A stretch of DNA of 64,000 nt from Gemmatimonadales bacterium (GTDB lineage Bacteria; Gemmatimonadota; Gemmatimonadetes; Gemmatimonadales; GWC2-71-9): contig OZ252244.1 of the NCBI GenBank assembly GCA_965249575.1, positions 2,624,001-2,688,000 on the forward strand, written 5' to 3'. Every line of letters starts with the position of its first letter. Position 1 is the first letter of the stretch. The notes beneath the pieces are model-generated. The model was not told where the DNA came from. It worked only from the letters and a program-made list of their open reading frames with translations, and did not search any database. Positions 42,105-51,121 of this stretch are shown here, piece after piece. Made by a program: the position numbers and the translations under genes.

Positions 42105-42476
42105 ATGAACTACTGGATCCTCAAGACCGAGCCGAGCTCATACAGCTACGACCAATTGGAGCGCGACAAGAAGACCGTGTGGGATGGGGTACGGAACAAC
42201 CTCGCCCTCAAGCACCTCAAGGCCATGCGGAAGGGCGATCGGGCGCTGATCTACCACACCGGCAAAGAGAAAGCGGCGGTCGGGCTTGCGGATGTCGTAT
42301 CGGTGCCCTACACCGACCCGGCCGATCCCGCTCTCGTCGTCGTCGACATCAGCGCATCCGGCCGCCTTCCTCGACCGGTAACCCTCAAGGAGATCAAAGC
42401 GGAGCGGGCATTTGCCGACATGCCGCTGGTGCGAATGTCACGGCTGTCCGTCGGGCCTGCTACCGCCACTCACTGA
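42105..42476 (+). CDS. EVE domain protein, probably lacking its last few residues
   Basis: YWILKTEP, WDGVRN, GDRALIYHTG, VTLKEIK, RLSV. Confidence 0.88.
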   Translation: MNYWILKTEPSSYSYDQLERDKKTVWDGVRNNLALKHLKAMRKGDRALIYHTGKEKAAVGLADVVSVPYTDPADPALVVVDISASGRLPRPVTLKEIKAERAFADMPLVRMSRLSVGPATATH

Positions 42477-42939
42477 CCTCATCATCGAACCACGTCCGGT
42501 GACGAAACTCGAACGCCGCTCTCCATCGTCGAGGGAGAGCGGCGATGAACTCGCGCAGGCGCTGCACGTCCTTCTTCATGTTCGGCGGAAGTTGGAACAG
42601 GGTCGGTCCCAACCTGTTCCCGAGCACCGAGGCCGTCTTGAGGAAGTAGGACAGCTCTTCGTCGGCTCCCTTCAGCCTCTTGTGGTGCGTAATGCGCTGC
42701 GATGCTTTGAGCACGAAGACAAAGGGTCCGTTGACTGCTTCGGCCCACGCGAGGAGCACCTTCTCCGAGGGCATGCGATAGAACGTGTTGTTGATCTCGA
42801 CGGTCTCGAAGTGCTCAGCGTAGAATCGGAGCATTTGGTTCGCGGGGAACTTTTCGGGATAGAAGGTGCCTTTCCACTCCTTGTAGGCATACCCGCTCGT
42901 GCCGACCAGAACCCGCGGCCGGCTGCGTCGCTCAGTCAT
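42460..42939 (-). pseudogene. DUF72 protein, C-terminally truncated
   Basis: GTSGYAYKEW, VEINNTFYR, ITH, LFQLPP, EFRHRTW, then stops after about 159 aa. Confidence 0.75.
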
Positions 42940-43333
42940 CCTCAGTTCGTTCGAGCGCGACGGAATTGATGCAGTATCGCAGATTCGTCGGCTGGGGGCC
43001 GTCGTTGAAGACGTGGCCGAGGTGGGCGTCGCACGTGGCGCACAGCACCTCGGTGCGCTTCATGAAGAGGGAGTTGTCGTCGGTCTCGCGAACGCTGTCG
43101 GGCGCGATGGGCTCCCAGAAGCTCGGCCAACCCGTCCCGGATTCGTACTTCGCCTTCGATCTGAACAGCTTGTTGCCGCAGCAGACGCACTGATAGATCC
43201 CGGGTTCCTTGGACTGGCAGTACTGCCCCGAAAAACGGCGCTCGGTACCGCTCTCGCGGCATACGTGATACTGCTCCGGGGTGAGCTGCTCCCGCCATTC
43301 CGCGTCGGTCTTCGTGACCTTGGTCTTCGGCAT
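42932..43333 (-). CDS. msrB: Peptide-methionine (R)-S-oxide reductase
   Basis: [37 protein letters not shown]. Confidence 0.96.
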   Translation of the reverse strand: MPKTKVTKTDAEWREQLTPEQYHVCRESGTERRFSGQYCQSKEPGIYQCVCCGNKLFRSKAKYESGTGWPSFWEPIAPDSVRETDDNSLFMKRTEVLCATCDAHLGHVFNDGPQPTNLRYCINSVALERTEDD

Positions 43334-43499
43334 GGATGACTCCTCGACCGCAGTGGGTATCCGCACTCCTCCGGCGTCTTAAGATATCGCCGACGCGTCC
43401 AGATCGCCCCTCCCGATACTCGGTTCAGGGTGATTTCTGGCCGTTCAAACGGCCGGAACCCCCGTTGTGGAGGGGGGCGTCCCCATGCTCGATGTTGCC

Positions 43500-43528
43500 T
43501 TGCCCTTTGGGACCCCGTGTGCCATACT
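43500..43528 (+). promoter_or_regulatory. Extended -10 sigma70 promoter upstream of csp
   Basis: TTGCCC-N17-CATACT with TG one base before the -10. Confidence 0.5.
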
Positions 43529-43756
43529 TGTCCGCCGGAAACCGCCAGGACGGCTTGTAAGCAGGGAGTCGATGAACCCCGCACGATATGCTCGAGAGCC
43601 CAGTAGCATTTCCCCAAGCGATTTCTCCATCCCAACACCGAGCTAGCGCCGGAGGTTTGGTGAGCATCCGGCTTTCCTCGGCGGCGCCGGAGGACCCCCC
43701 AGTCGGGGGGGCGCGCAGGACCGCCCGCCAGTAACACTCAGTCAGGAGTCAGGCAG

Positions 43757-43966
43757 ATGGCACGCATCACCGGTACCGTGAAGTGGTTCAACGACGCCAA
43801 AGGGTTCGGCTTCATCACGCCCGAAAACGGAGACAAGGACTGCTTCGTACATCACACGGCAATCACCGAAGAGGGATTCCGTACGCTGTCTGAAGGACAG
43901 CGCGTGGAGTTTGATGTCGTTGTGGGCGAAAAGGGGCCAGCTGCTCAGAATGTGGTGAAGCTCTAA
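43757..43966 (+). CDS. Cold-shock protein (CspA family)
   Basis: [39 protein letters not shown]. Confidence 0.97.
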   Translation: MARITGTVKWFNDAKGFGFITPENGDKDCFVHHTAITEEGFRTLSEGQRVEFDVVVGEKGPAAQNVVKL

Positions 43967-43990
43967 GCGTCGGCGGTACCCGGGTGGCTC

Positions 43991-44023
43991 GCGCGTGGCG
44001 CCACGAGGTATGGCGCCGCGCGT
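43991..44023. terminator. GC hairpin after csp
   Basis: GCGCGTGGCGCCA / TGGCGCCGCGCGT between convergent genes. Confidence 0.5.
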
Positions 44024-44059
44024 GTGTAGGGCATAGCGGGCGGGGCCGCGGGCTCCGTT

Positions 44060-45058
44060 CTAGTCGATGCGGCGGTGCGAGACTTCCCTGACCCCACCGT
44101 CGGAGCTTGGCTCCGAACGGTAGATATAGGTCGTTTCGTCAAGTTGGGCGATACCCTCCACCCCCTCCACGCCTACCATCCACGGTTCGATCGACATCAC
44201 CCTGGGTTCGACAATGAAGTTGCCGTCTTCGATTCGGTAGGTGCCGGCGCTGGCCCAGAAAACCGGTTGATGGCTCTCGTCCCAGATCTTGGCATAGCGC
44301 TCCCGCGCCTGCTCGCGGGGTGAGAGTGCGGCGAACTCGGCCGGGGTCACAACGCCACGCCCCTTCTTCATCCAGACATATGTCCAGTGCGTGTCGGTTA
44401 CATGGAACCACACGGTCCGGTGCTGGGCGACGTTCTGGACTTCACCGGTCTGCGTGTGCTTCGAGGTCATGACCTGCCAATTCCCCCTGAGGTCGGCCGG
44501 GTTGATGTTGCCCTGCTGCTCGGTGGGAAGTCGCCCCATGGTGTCGATCCGGCGGTGGTAGAATTCACGCACGGGTTCGTCTCCCCGGGGGACGGTGTGA
44601 TAGACGTACGCCGTATCATTGACGTATAGCACCTTCTCCACGCCGCCGAGCTGCACTTGCCAGGGCTCGATGGAGACCACGTTGGTGTAGTACATCCGGT
44701 CGCCGTCGAGCCAGTAGGTTCCTCCACTTCCCCAGAACCGCCATTGACCCTCGGCATCCCACATCTTCGCACGATTCTCCGCCGACTTTTCTCGAGGCGA
44801 CAGCGGGGCGAACTCCGCCGGAGTGCTCCCAACACTCTCGCCCCCCATCCACACGTACGTCCAGTGAGAACCGGTGTACTGCGTCCAGACGGTGCGTCGA
44901 TTGGCTGTGGAATCCACCTCGCCGGTCGCGAGGTTGGTGACCGTCATGATTTGCCAAGTGCCTTGGAGCATTTGATGATCGATGTCTCCCATCTGATTGC
45001 TCGGCGGGGCACACCCAACCCCAAATCCCAATAATGCAACTGTGAGAATACGGCTCAT
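44060..45058 (-). CDS. Lipoprotein with two tandem lipocalin-like domains
   Basis: GVGC lipobox; two repeats beginning LxGxWQ and ending HRRID. Confidence 0.75.
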   Translation of the reverse strand: MSRILTVALLGFGVGCAPPSNQMGDIDHQMLQGTWQIMTVTNLATGEVDSTANRRTVWTQYTGSHWTYVWMGGESVGSTPAEFAPLSPREKSAENRAKMWDAEGQWRFWGSGGTYWLDGDRMYYTNVVSIEPWQVQLGGVEKVLYVNDTAYVYHTVPRGDEPVREFYHRRIDTMGRLPTEQQGNINPADLRGNWQVMTSKHTQTGEVQNVAQHRTVWFHVTDTHWTYVWMKKGRGVVTPAEFAALSPREQARERYAKIWDESHQPVFWASAGTYRIEDGNFIVEPRVMSIEPWMVGVEGVEGIAQLDETTYIYRSEPSSDGGVREVSHRRID

Positions 45059-45465
45059 CGACCGCCCCTGGTTCGGAGTGATGTGTGATCGCGCAGGAAG
45101 AGCCGGCGTCAGGACGCGCCTCGGCCGCCCGCCGGCGCGGCACGCAGCGCGCCTAGGTTACACCGGGCGGAGTGCGGTGTCCAGCGTCCGATTCGATCGC
45201 TTTGGAACCGGCACGCTCGACCGACTCGCCGGAACCGTGGGACCTGCGTAATGTTTACGTCTACAACGACGTTCCCGGGGGGGGTCGCTTTGGGCTGGTG
45301 TACCAGGGTGGAGCTCGTGGTGTAACGAAGAAATGGGACGAGCTCTGGAGTGCCTGGGTTACCCCGCGGGAAAAAGGGGATGCCGCGGGAACGTCACTGC
45401 GAAGTCAGACTTTCCCGGCCCGTCGTGGGAGCGGGAAGATCGGCGCGTCTGCGCGGAGGAACGGT

Positions 45466-46122
45466 ATGGCTGAGGAGGTATCGATATTCGACGCGGTTCG
45501 CGCGGGTGATGTCGCCCGTGTCAGAGCGTTCGTCACTGAGAATCCCGCACTGGTGAACTCGCGAAACGAGCGCGGGCATTCGCCCCTGCTCATCGCGCAG
45601 TACCGACATCAGCGGGAGATCGTAAGACTGTTGCTCACCAGGCAGCCGACGCTCGACGTTTTCGACGCGGCTGCGGTCGGCCGATCCGGCCGTGTCAAGG
45701 AACTGCTCACTGCCGATCTGAGTCTCGTTGCTGCGTGGTCGGCCGACGGGTTTACTGCGCTCCATTTGGCGGCATACTTCGGACACGAGGAAGCGGTGCG
45801 GGTGCTCTTGGGGCACGGAGCCGACGCACATGCCGTTTCCCGCAATGCCATGAAGGTTCAACCACTCCATAGTGCCGCGGCGGGCGCACACCGCGATACC
45901 GTCAAGCTACTGCTGTCGGCCGGCGCGGATGTGAATGCCCCGCAACAGGGCGGCTGGACACCCCTGCACGCCGCGGCTCGCGCGGGCGACATCGAGATCG
46001 CCCGCATGATGATGTCGCGAAACGGCGATCCAAAGCGTCAGGCCGATGATGGGCGGAGCCCCATCGGGGTCGCGGCCGAGCTCGGCGATGTCGAGATTCT
46101 GAAGGTGCTGAAGTCGGAGTGA
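45466..46122 (+). CDS. Ankyrin-repeat protein
   Basis: GHSPL, GFTALHLAA, QPLHSAA, GWTPLHAAA; GGAGG RBS before ATG 45466. Confidence 0.9.
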   Translation: MAEEVSIFDAVRAGDVARVRAFVTENPALVNSRNERGHSPLLIAQYRHQREIVRLLLTRQPTLDVFDAAAVGRSGRVKELLTADLSLVAAWSADGFTALHLAAYFGHEEAVRVLLGHGADAHAVSRNAMKVQPLHSAAAGAHRDTVKLLLSAGADVNAPQQGGWTPLHAAARAGDIEIARMMMSRNGDPKRQADDGRSPIGVAAELGDVEILKVLKSE

Positions 46123-47564
46123 CGGGCCGCGACATTCGGTCCAAGTCCATTGCCCGGTCCCCGCGCCGGGCCCCAGCCAGGACCGTCACGATCCTCTCCC
46201 TGGTGTTTCTCGTTACTTCCACGTCTGCGGTCGTTTCCCAATCAGAGCCTGCCGATTCCTCGGTCAGCTACTGGGGCACGATTCCGGAACGCTCGGATTC
46301 CGTCCTCCGCACGTTTGCTGATCGAGGAATGCCGCTGTGGGAATCGGTGCTCGTGTGGCCGTATCGGGTGATCGGGTTTCCCTTCACGGCGGTTCGGGCC
46401 GGGGTGGGGGTGTCAGTGGTGGCGATCGAGCGGAGCCGGCTGCCACGCACTATTGCGAGCATACTTGGTCCCCGCCAGGGGCCGTTTGGCTTGCTCCTCA
46501 CGTTTCGCGGCGGGGGACTTTCGGGCTTTGGTGGTGGATTGACCGTGGAGCACGATGCCCTACCGGCCGCGCCCAGCCGGGCACGATTGGGATTCCAGAG
46601 TACGGTGAAGGGGGACCACAAGGCGCACCTTGGCCTGCAGCTCGCTCCGGGAGGAACGTCTCACCCGACTGAGGTGGGAGCCGGACTGAGAATTCGGCTC
46701 AACGCCCGCTACTTCGGCATCGGATCACAGACCGCCGAGAGCGATGAATCGCGATACAGGCACGCGACGTCGTGGTTCGGCGCGAGCCATCGGAGGGCCG
46801 TGTTTCAAGGTTCGGCGTTCCTCGAGTTCGATGCCGTCGTAACGAGCGTGGGAGCCAGCTCTCCACGCGATGATGATGAGCCCGAATTGGCAGACGTTTT
46901 TGCCGGTGCCCTGCCGGCGGGGTACGACGAGAGCTCCGACGGCATCTCGGTTGGCATCACGCTCGCACACAGCGACGTTCCCGAGACGGCGCGGCCGAAT
47001 CGGGGCGGCCTCCGGCGCGCGCGGGCCACAGTATTCACCAGCACCGGTGGCCCGAGGTTCAAGTCCATAACATATCGGGGCGAGCTCCAGCAGTTCCTTC
47101 CCCTGTGGTTTCCCGATCACGTGCTTGCGTTCCGAGGTTTTTTCTCCTGGATCGACCCCATCGGGTCAGATCCGGTGCCGTTTCAGCGGCTCATGACCAA
47201 TAACGATCCCGATCTCCTGCGCGGCCACCGCGACTATCGGTGGCGCGACCGTGGAATGGTGGCGATCAGCATGGAGTATCGCTGGCCGTTTTGGGCGGCC
47301 GCGAGGGCCCACGCGCCGGGAGTGGATATGTACCTCCTTGGTGATGTAGGACAGGTGTTCGGGAGGCTCAGCGATATCACGCCGGCGGACCTCAGCGTGT
47401 CGGTAGGAGGAGGCTTCCGACTCGTCGGTCCCAATGGATTCATGGGACGCATCGAGATCGCGCGCAGCGAGGAGGAGTGGGTGTTCCGCCTCCGAGGTGA
47501 CCAGATTTTCCAGTTCGCCCGCCACGGACTGTTCTATGGTCGAGATCCGATCCCCCGCCGATAG
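46119..47564 (+). CDS. Omp85/BamA-TamA-type beta-barrel protein without evident POTRA domains
   Basis: Signal peptide; LRGHRDYRWRD (VRGF/Y-like lid motif); EYRWP; DVGQVF; GGGFR; IEIARSEE. Confidence 0.78.
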   Translation: MTGRDIRSKSIARSPRRAPARTVTILSLVFLVTSTSAVVSQSEPADSSVSYWGTIPERSDSVLRTFADRGMPLWESVLVWPYRVIGFPFTAVRAGVGVSVVAIERSRLPRTIASILGPRQGPFGLLLTFRGGGLSGFGGGLTVEHDALPAAPSRARLGFQSTVKGDHKAHLGLQLAPGGTSHPTEVGAGLRIRLNARYFGIGSQTAESDESRYRHATSWFGASHRRAVFQGSAFLEFDAVVTSVGASSPRDDDEPELADVFAGALPAGYDESSDGISVGITLAHSDVPETARPNRGGLRRARATVFTSTGGPRFKSITYRGELQQFLPLWFPDHVLAFRGFFSWIDPIGSDPVPFQRLMTNNDPDLLRGHRDYRWRDRGMVAISMEYRWPFWAAARAHAPGVDMYLLGDVGQVFGRLSDITPADLSVSVGGGFRLVGPNGFMGRIEIARSEEEWVFRLRGDQIFQFARHGLFYGRDPIPRR

Positions 47565-47568
47565 ACCG

Positions 47569-49318
47569 ATGCGGCTGCCCCTCCCCGGGGGGGAAGAGGC
47601 CCCACGCGCACGCCCCCCCGCGAGTCGTGCGTTCGGCGCCCGCGCCGCTGTGGGACTCGTGGCCGCTCTCGGAACGGTGCTGGTTCCTCCTCCGCTCGAA
47701 GATGCGGCTGCGGTCTGGTACGAAGATGACCGCCGCGATGTCCCGCAACCCGAGGAGCGCTCGCCAAGCCTTGCGTGGGATGCCGCCCGGGAAGCGTTCT
47801 TCCGGCCGGTGGGCCGGCTCACGCACCTCGGTCGCCTCGTGCGGAGGGTCGGCACGCTGTTCGGTGGCGATCATGTTCCGCCGGCGGCCAATGTGAACGC
47901 TCTCGACGAGGTCCCGAACTCGACGTGGTTCACAAATCGGATTGGCCTGTATCCCACGGCGCCTGAGAAAGCCGCCCAGGGGCCCGGTCAGGGCGTCGGC
48001 CCCGATCGGTCCGATCCCTGGACCGTCATCAGCGCGAAGACAGAGGGCCTATCGACGGGATTCAACATCCGAGACGCCAAGGGTGAACGCTATTTGATCA
48101 AGTTCGATCCACCGGGGTTGACCGGGACGACGACCGCGGCGGGGGTCATCACCGGGCGCATCCTACACGCGGCGGGCTACAACGTGCCCGACGACAACGT
48201 GGTGTTCTTCCGCCGTGAAGATGTGCGGGTCGGTGATGGAGTGCTCCTCACGGAGGAGGACGGGACGGAGCGGAGCATGTCGGAGGCGGACCTCGACGAT
48301 CTGCTCGCGCGGGTCGACCGCCCGGCCGACGGCACGTGGCGCGCGATCTCCAGTCGGTTCTTGCCCGGCGTGCCGGTTGGGCCCTTCGAATGGGTCGGCC
48401 GCCGGAAGGACGATCCAAACGATCGGGTCAGTCACGAAAACCGGCGTGAGCTGCGAGGTCTGCGAATCTTCTCGGCCTGGCTTTGCCACTACGACACCAA
48501 GCAGCTCAATACCCTCGATACTTACGTCGAGGAAGATGAGCGGGGCTTCGTTCGGCATCATCTCATCGATTTCGCAAGCACGCTGGGTGTGGGTGCAACC
48601 GGGCTGTCACCGCAGCGTTGCTTCGAGCACGATGTCGATTTCGTCGCGATGCTCGGACGGGCCGTTTCCCTTGGGCTCCACCAGGATCCCTGGCGACGGA
48701 TTCAACGGCCCGAGGGTCTCGATGAGGTCGGCTACCTCGAGAGCGAGGAGTTCGACCCAAGGAGCTTCAAGCCGCTCCAGTCGAACGGCGCGTTCGCGAA
48801 TATGACCGACCGCGATGCCTACTGGGCGGCGAAAATTCTCTCCGCGTTCAGGGACGATCATCTGCGGGCGATCGTCGCAAGGGGTCAATATCGAAACCCG
48901 GGAGCCGCGGCCTGGGTCGCTCGCGTTCTGGCCGAGCGCCGCGACGAGATTGCGCGCGTTTGGTTCGACAGATTGCCGCCCCTGGATTTTTTTACGACGG
49001 CCGGTTCCATCGTCGGGTTCCACGACCTGGGGGTGGAGCGTGGGATCTATCCCGGACGGTCAGCGCGCTACCGTGCACGGATCGCCGCGGTTACCGCGGA
49101 CCGGCGCACATCGGAATGGGGTGGCTGGGCGGAGCTCACGGACACCAGGCTGGACTTGGCGAATGCATCCTCCAGCGACCTCCTGCGACGCGCGCCGGAG
49201 GACCCCTTCGGCTTTGTGGCTGTCGAGCTTCAGGTGCACCGGGGCGGACCGGTGGAGTGCTGCCGTGACCGCTTACCTGTCGCGGGGCACGAATCGGGTC
49301 GTCGCGGTCGGTCGGTGA
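47569..49318 (+). CDS. Exported kinase-fold protein, +1 frameshift near 49249
   Basis: NALDEVPNSTWFTNR; YLIKFD; HYDTKQLN; LIDFA; natural end WSAAVTAYLSRGTNRVVAVGR* lies in the alternative frame. Confidence 0.7.
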
Positions 49319-49359
49319 CCGAGCGGAGCAGACGGCTTCAGACTTATAGGAGATCAGGC

Positions 49360-49914
49360 ATGAACCTCACGAACGCGAAGCGCGTGTGGCCGTGGGTCCT
49401 GTCCGTAGTCATACCGATCCCGGCCGTGGCCCAGGAAGTGCCGGAGGCTCGGGACCTCCCGATCGCTGGGTTCGCGTTCGATCTCGATCTATCGCTCCCG
49501 GGAAGCCCGGAGATCATCTATGACGCCTTCACCGGCGACATCAGCGGCTGGTGGGATCACACGTTCAGCGATGCGCCGCGCGCACTCTACATCGAGCCGA
49601 CGCCTGGTGGCGCGTTCATGGAGCTCTTCGACGAATCGGGCGACGGCGTGCGGCACGCCACGGTGACGGCCGCCAAACGCGGTGAGCTCCTGCGACTCTA
49701 GGGCCCGCTTGGGTTGGCGGGGAACGCGTTGGACATGGTGCACACGATCGCCTTCGAGGCAGTCGGAGACAGTACTCGATTGGCACTGACCGTCCGCGGC
49801 GCGGGACAGCTTGAGGAGGGCTGGAAGGGAGCCGTGGCGCGGGTCTGGTGGCACTTTCTCGTGGAGCGGTTCAAACCGTTCGTGGAGTCAGGCCGCCACC
49901 TGCGCTCCCAGTAG
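49360..49914 (+). CDS. Exported SRPBCC/AHSA1-like protein with in-frame TAG at 49699-49701
   Basis: AGGAG RBS; PEIIYDAFTGDISGWWDHTFS, PGGAFME, LLRL*GPLGL continuing in frame to 49914. Confidence 0.72.
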
Positions 49915-49992
49915 CAACCCTTCGTGGCGCCCCCACGACGGGCTCATCGGTTGCGGTGAGGTGGTGGCCAAAGCTTCGTCAGTGTATTTTGT

Positions 49993-51075
49993 ATGCCTCG
50001 CGCGCGTCTCCTCACATTTCGCCACCAATCACATCACTCGGGGGGGCCTATCTCTGGCCGTGACGTTTCGTCAAAGCTCGAAATAGGCGACGTACATTCA
50101 ATCGAGGCCGGACAGGTCGTCAGCGCTCCGGCTCTGGCCGATCCCGTTCCCGAGTTTGCGCGGGCCGTCGTCGTCGGGCTGAGCGACCGGCCGCTCTGGT
50201 TGCCCTGTCGCTTCCTGTACGACGAAGCGGGCAGCGAGATCTTCGAGAGGATCACGAGTGCGGCCGAGTACTATCCCACACGCAAGGAAGCCGAGATTCT
50301 CGCGGCGGCGGCAGATGATATCCGGGAGCGCACAGGGCCGGTCACGCTGGTCGAACTGGGCTCGGGCAGCTCCGCGAAGACGGATCTGTTGTTGCGGGCG
50401 TACGCACAGGATGGCTCGCGAGTCCGTTACGTACCGATAGACGTGAGCGAGAGCGCGCTCGTCGAGGCCGCCGATTCGATCACTCGCCGGCATCGGGAGG
50501 TCGAGGTTCGGGGGATACACGCCACGTACGAAGCCACATTCCCGCTCCTCGGGCAGGTATCGCCGGCTATGGTGTTGTTTCTCGGGAGCACAATCGGCAA
50601 CCTGAACCAGACTGAGGCCGCTCAGTTTTGGACTGCGTTTGCGAGCCACCTCGGGGCGGGTGATTTCGTCCTCCTCGGGCTCGACCTCGTCAAGGATCCG
50701 GACATCATCAACCCCGCGTACAACGATGCCGCGGGGCACAGCGCGGCATTCACGAAGAACATGTTCGAGCGGATGAATCGAGAGCTCGGAAGCGACATCG
50801 ACATTGACGCCATTGAACACGTCGCGGCCTATCGCGAGCAGTGGCAGCGGGTCGAGATCTTCGCGCGATTCTCACGGGACCAGGCCATCTTCGTCGAACC
50901 CTACAATCAGTCGATCAGTGTCGCAGCCGGTGACCAAATCATGACGGAGGTGAGCCGGAAGTTCATACTCGGGCAACAGGAACGATACCTTGCCTGCTTC
51001 GGCCTCGAGGTGACGGAGATCTACCTGGACTCAGACGAGTGGTTTGCAGTCCTCCTTCTGCAGCGGCGCCGATAG
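49993..51075 (+). CDS. egtD: L-histidine N-alpha-methyltransferase (start uncertain)
   Basis: FLYDEAGSEIFERIT, EYYPTRKE, LVELGSGSSAKT, FLGSTIGNL, AYNDAAG, TEVSRKF. Confidence 0.9.
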   Translation: MPRARLLTFRHQSHHSGGPISGRDVSSKLEIGDVHSIEAGQVVSAPALADPVPEFARAVVVGLSDRPLWLPCRFLYDEAGSEIFERITSAAEYYPTRKEAEILAAAADDIRERTGPVTLVELGSGSSAKTDLLLRAYAQDGSRVRYVPIDVSESALVEAADSITRRHREVEVRGIHATYEATFPLLGQVSPAMVLFLGSTIGNLNQTEAAQFWTAFASHLGAGDFVLLGLDLVKDPDIINPAYNDAAGHSAAFTKNMFERMNRELGSDIDIDAIEHVAAYREQWQRVEIFARFSRDQAIFVEPYNQSISVAAGDQIMTEVSRKFILGQQERYLACFGLEVTEIYLDSDEWFAVLLLQRRR

Positions 51076-51121
51076 CGGGGGTTGAGGCCGCGAGGCGAAT
51101 CCTCGCTCGTCGACTGCGTCC

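Noticed and set aside
45059..45465. Riboswitch or sigma54/ECF promoter in the 400-nt gap
   Set aside because: Only a short CGTAA-tgt-TTACG dyad and GGAACC words without a correctly spaced partner; no recognisable aptamer.
1815..49250. Programmed ribosomal frameshifting
   Set aside because: No slippery heptamers at the sites; mixed +1/-1 in unrelated genes fits indel errors.
34804..49701. TAG recoding or pyrrolysine
   Set aside because: TAG ends many genes at their natural termini (cyclophilin, MoxR, DUF4159, Omp85, egtD, bioA); the two sites imply different residues; no pyl genes seen.
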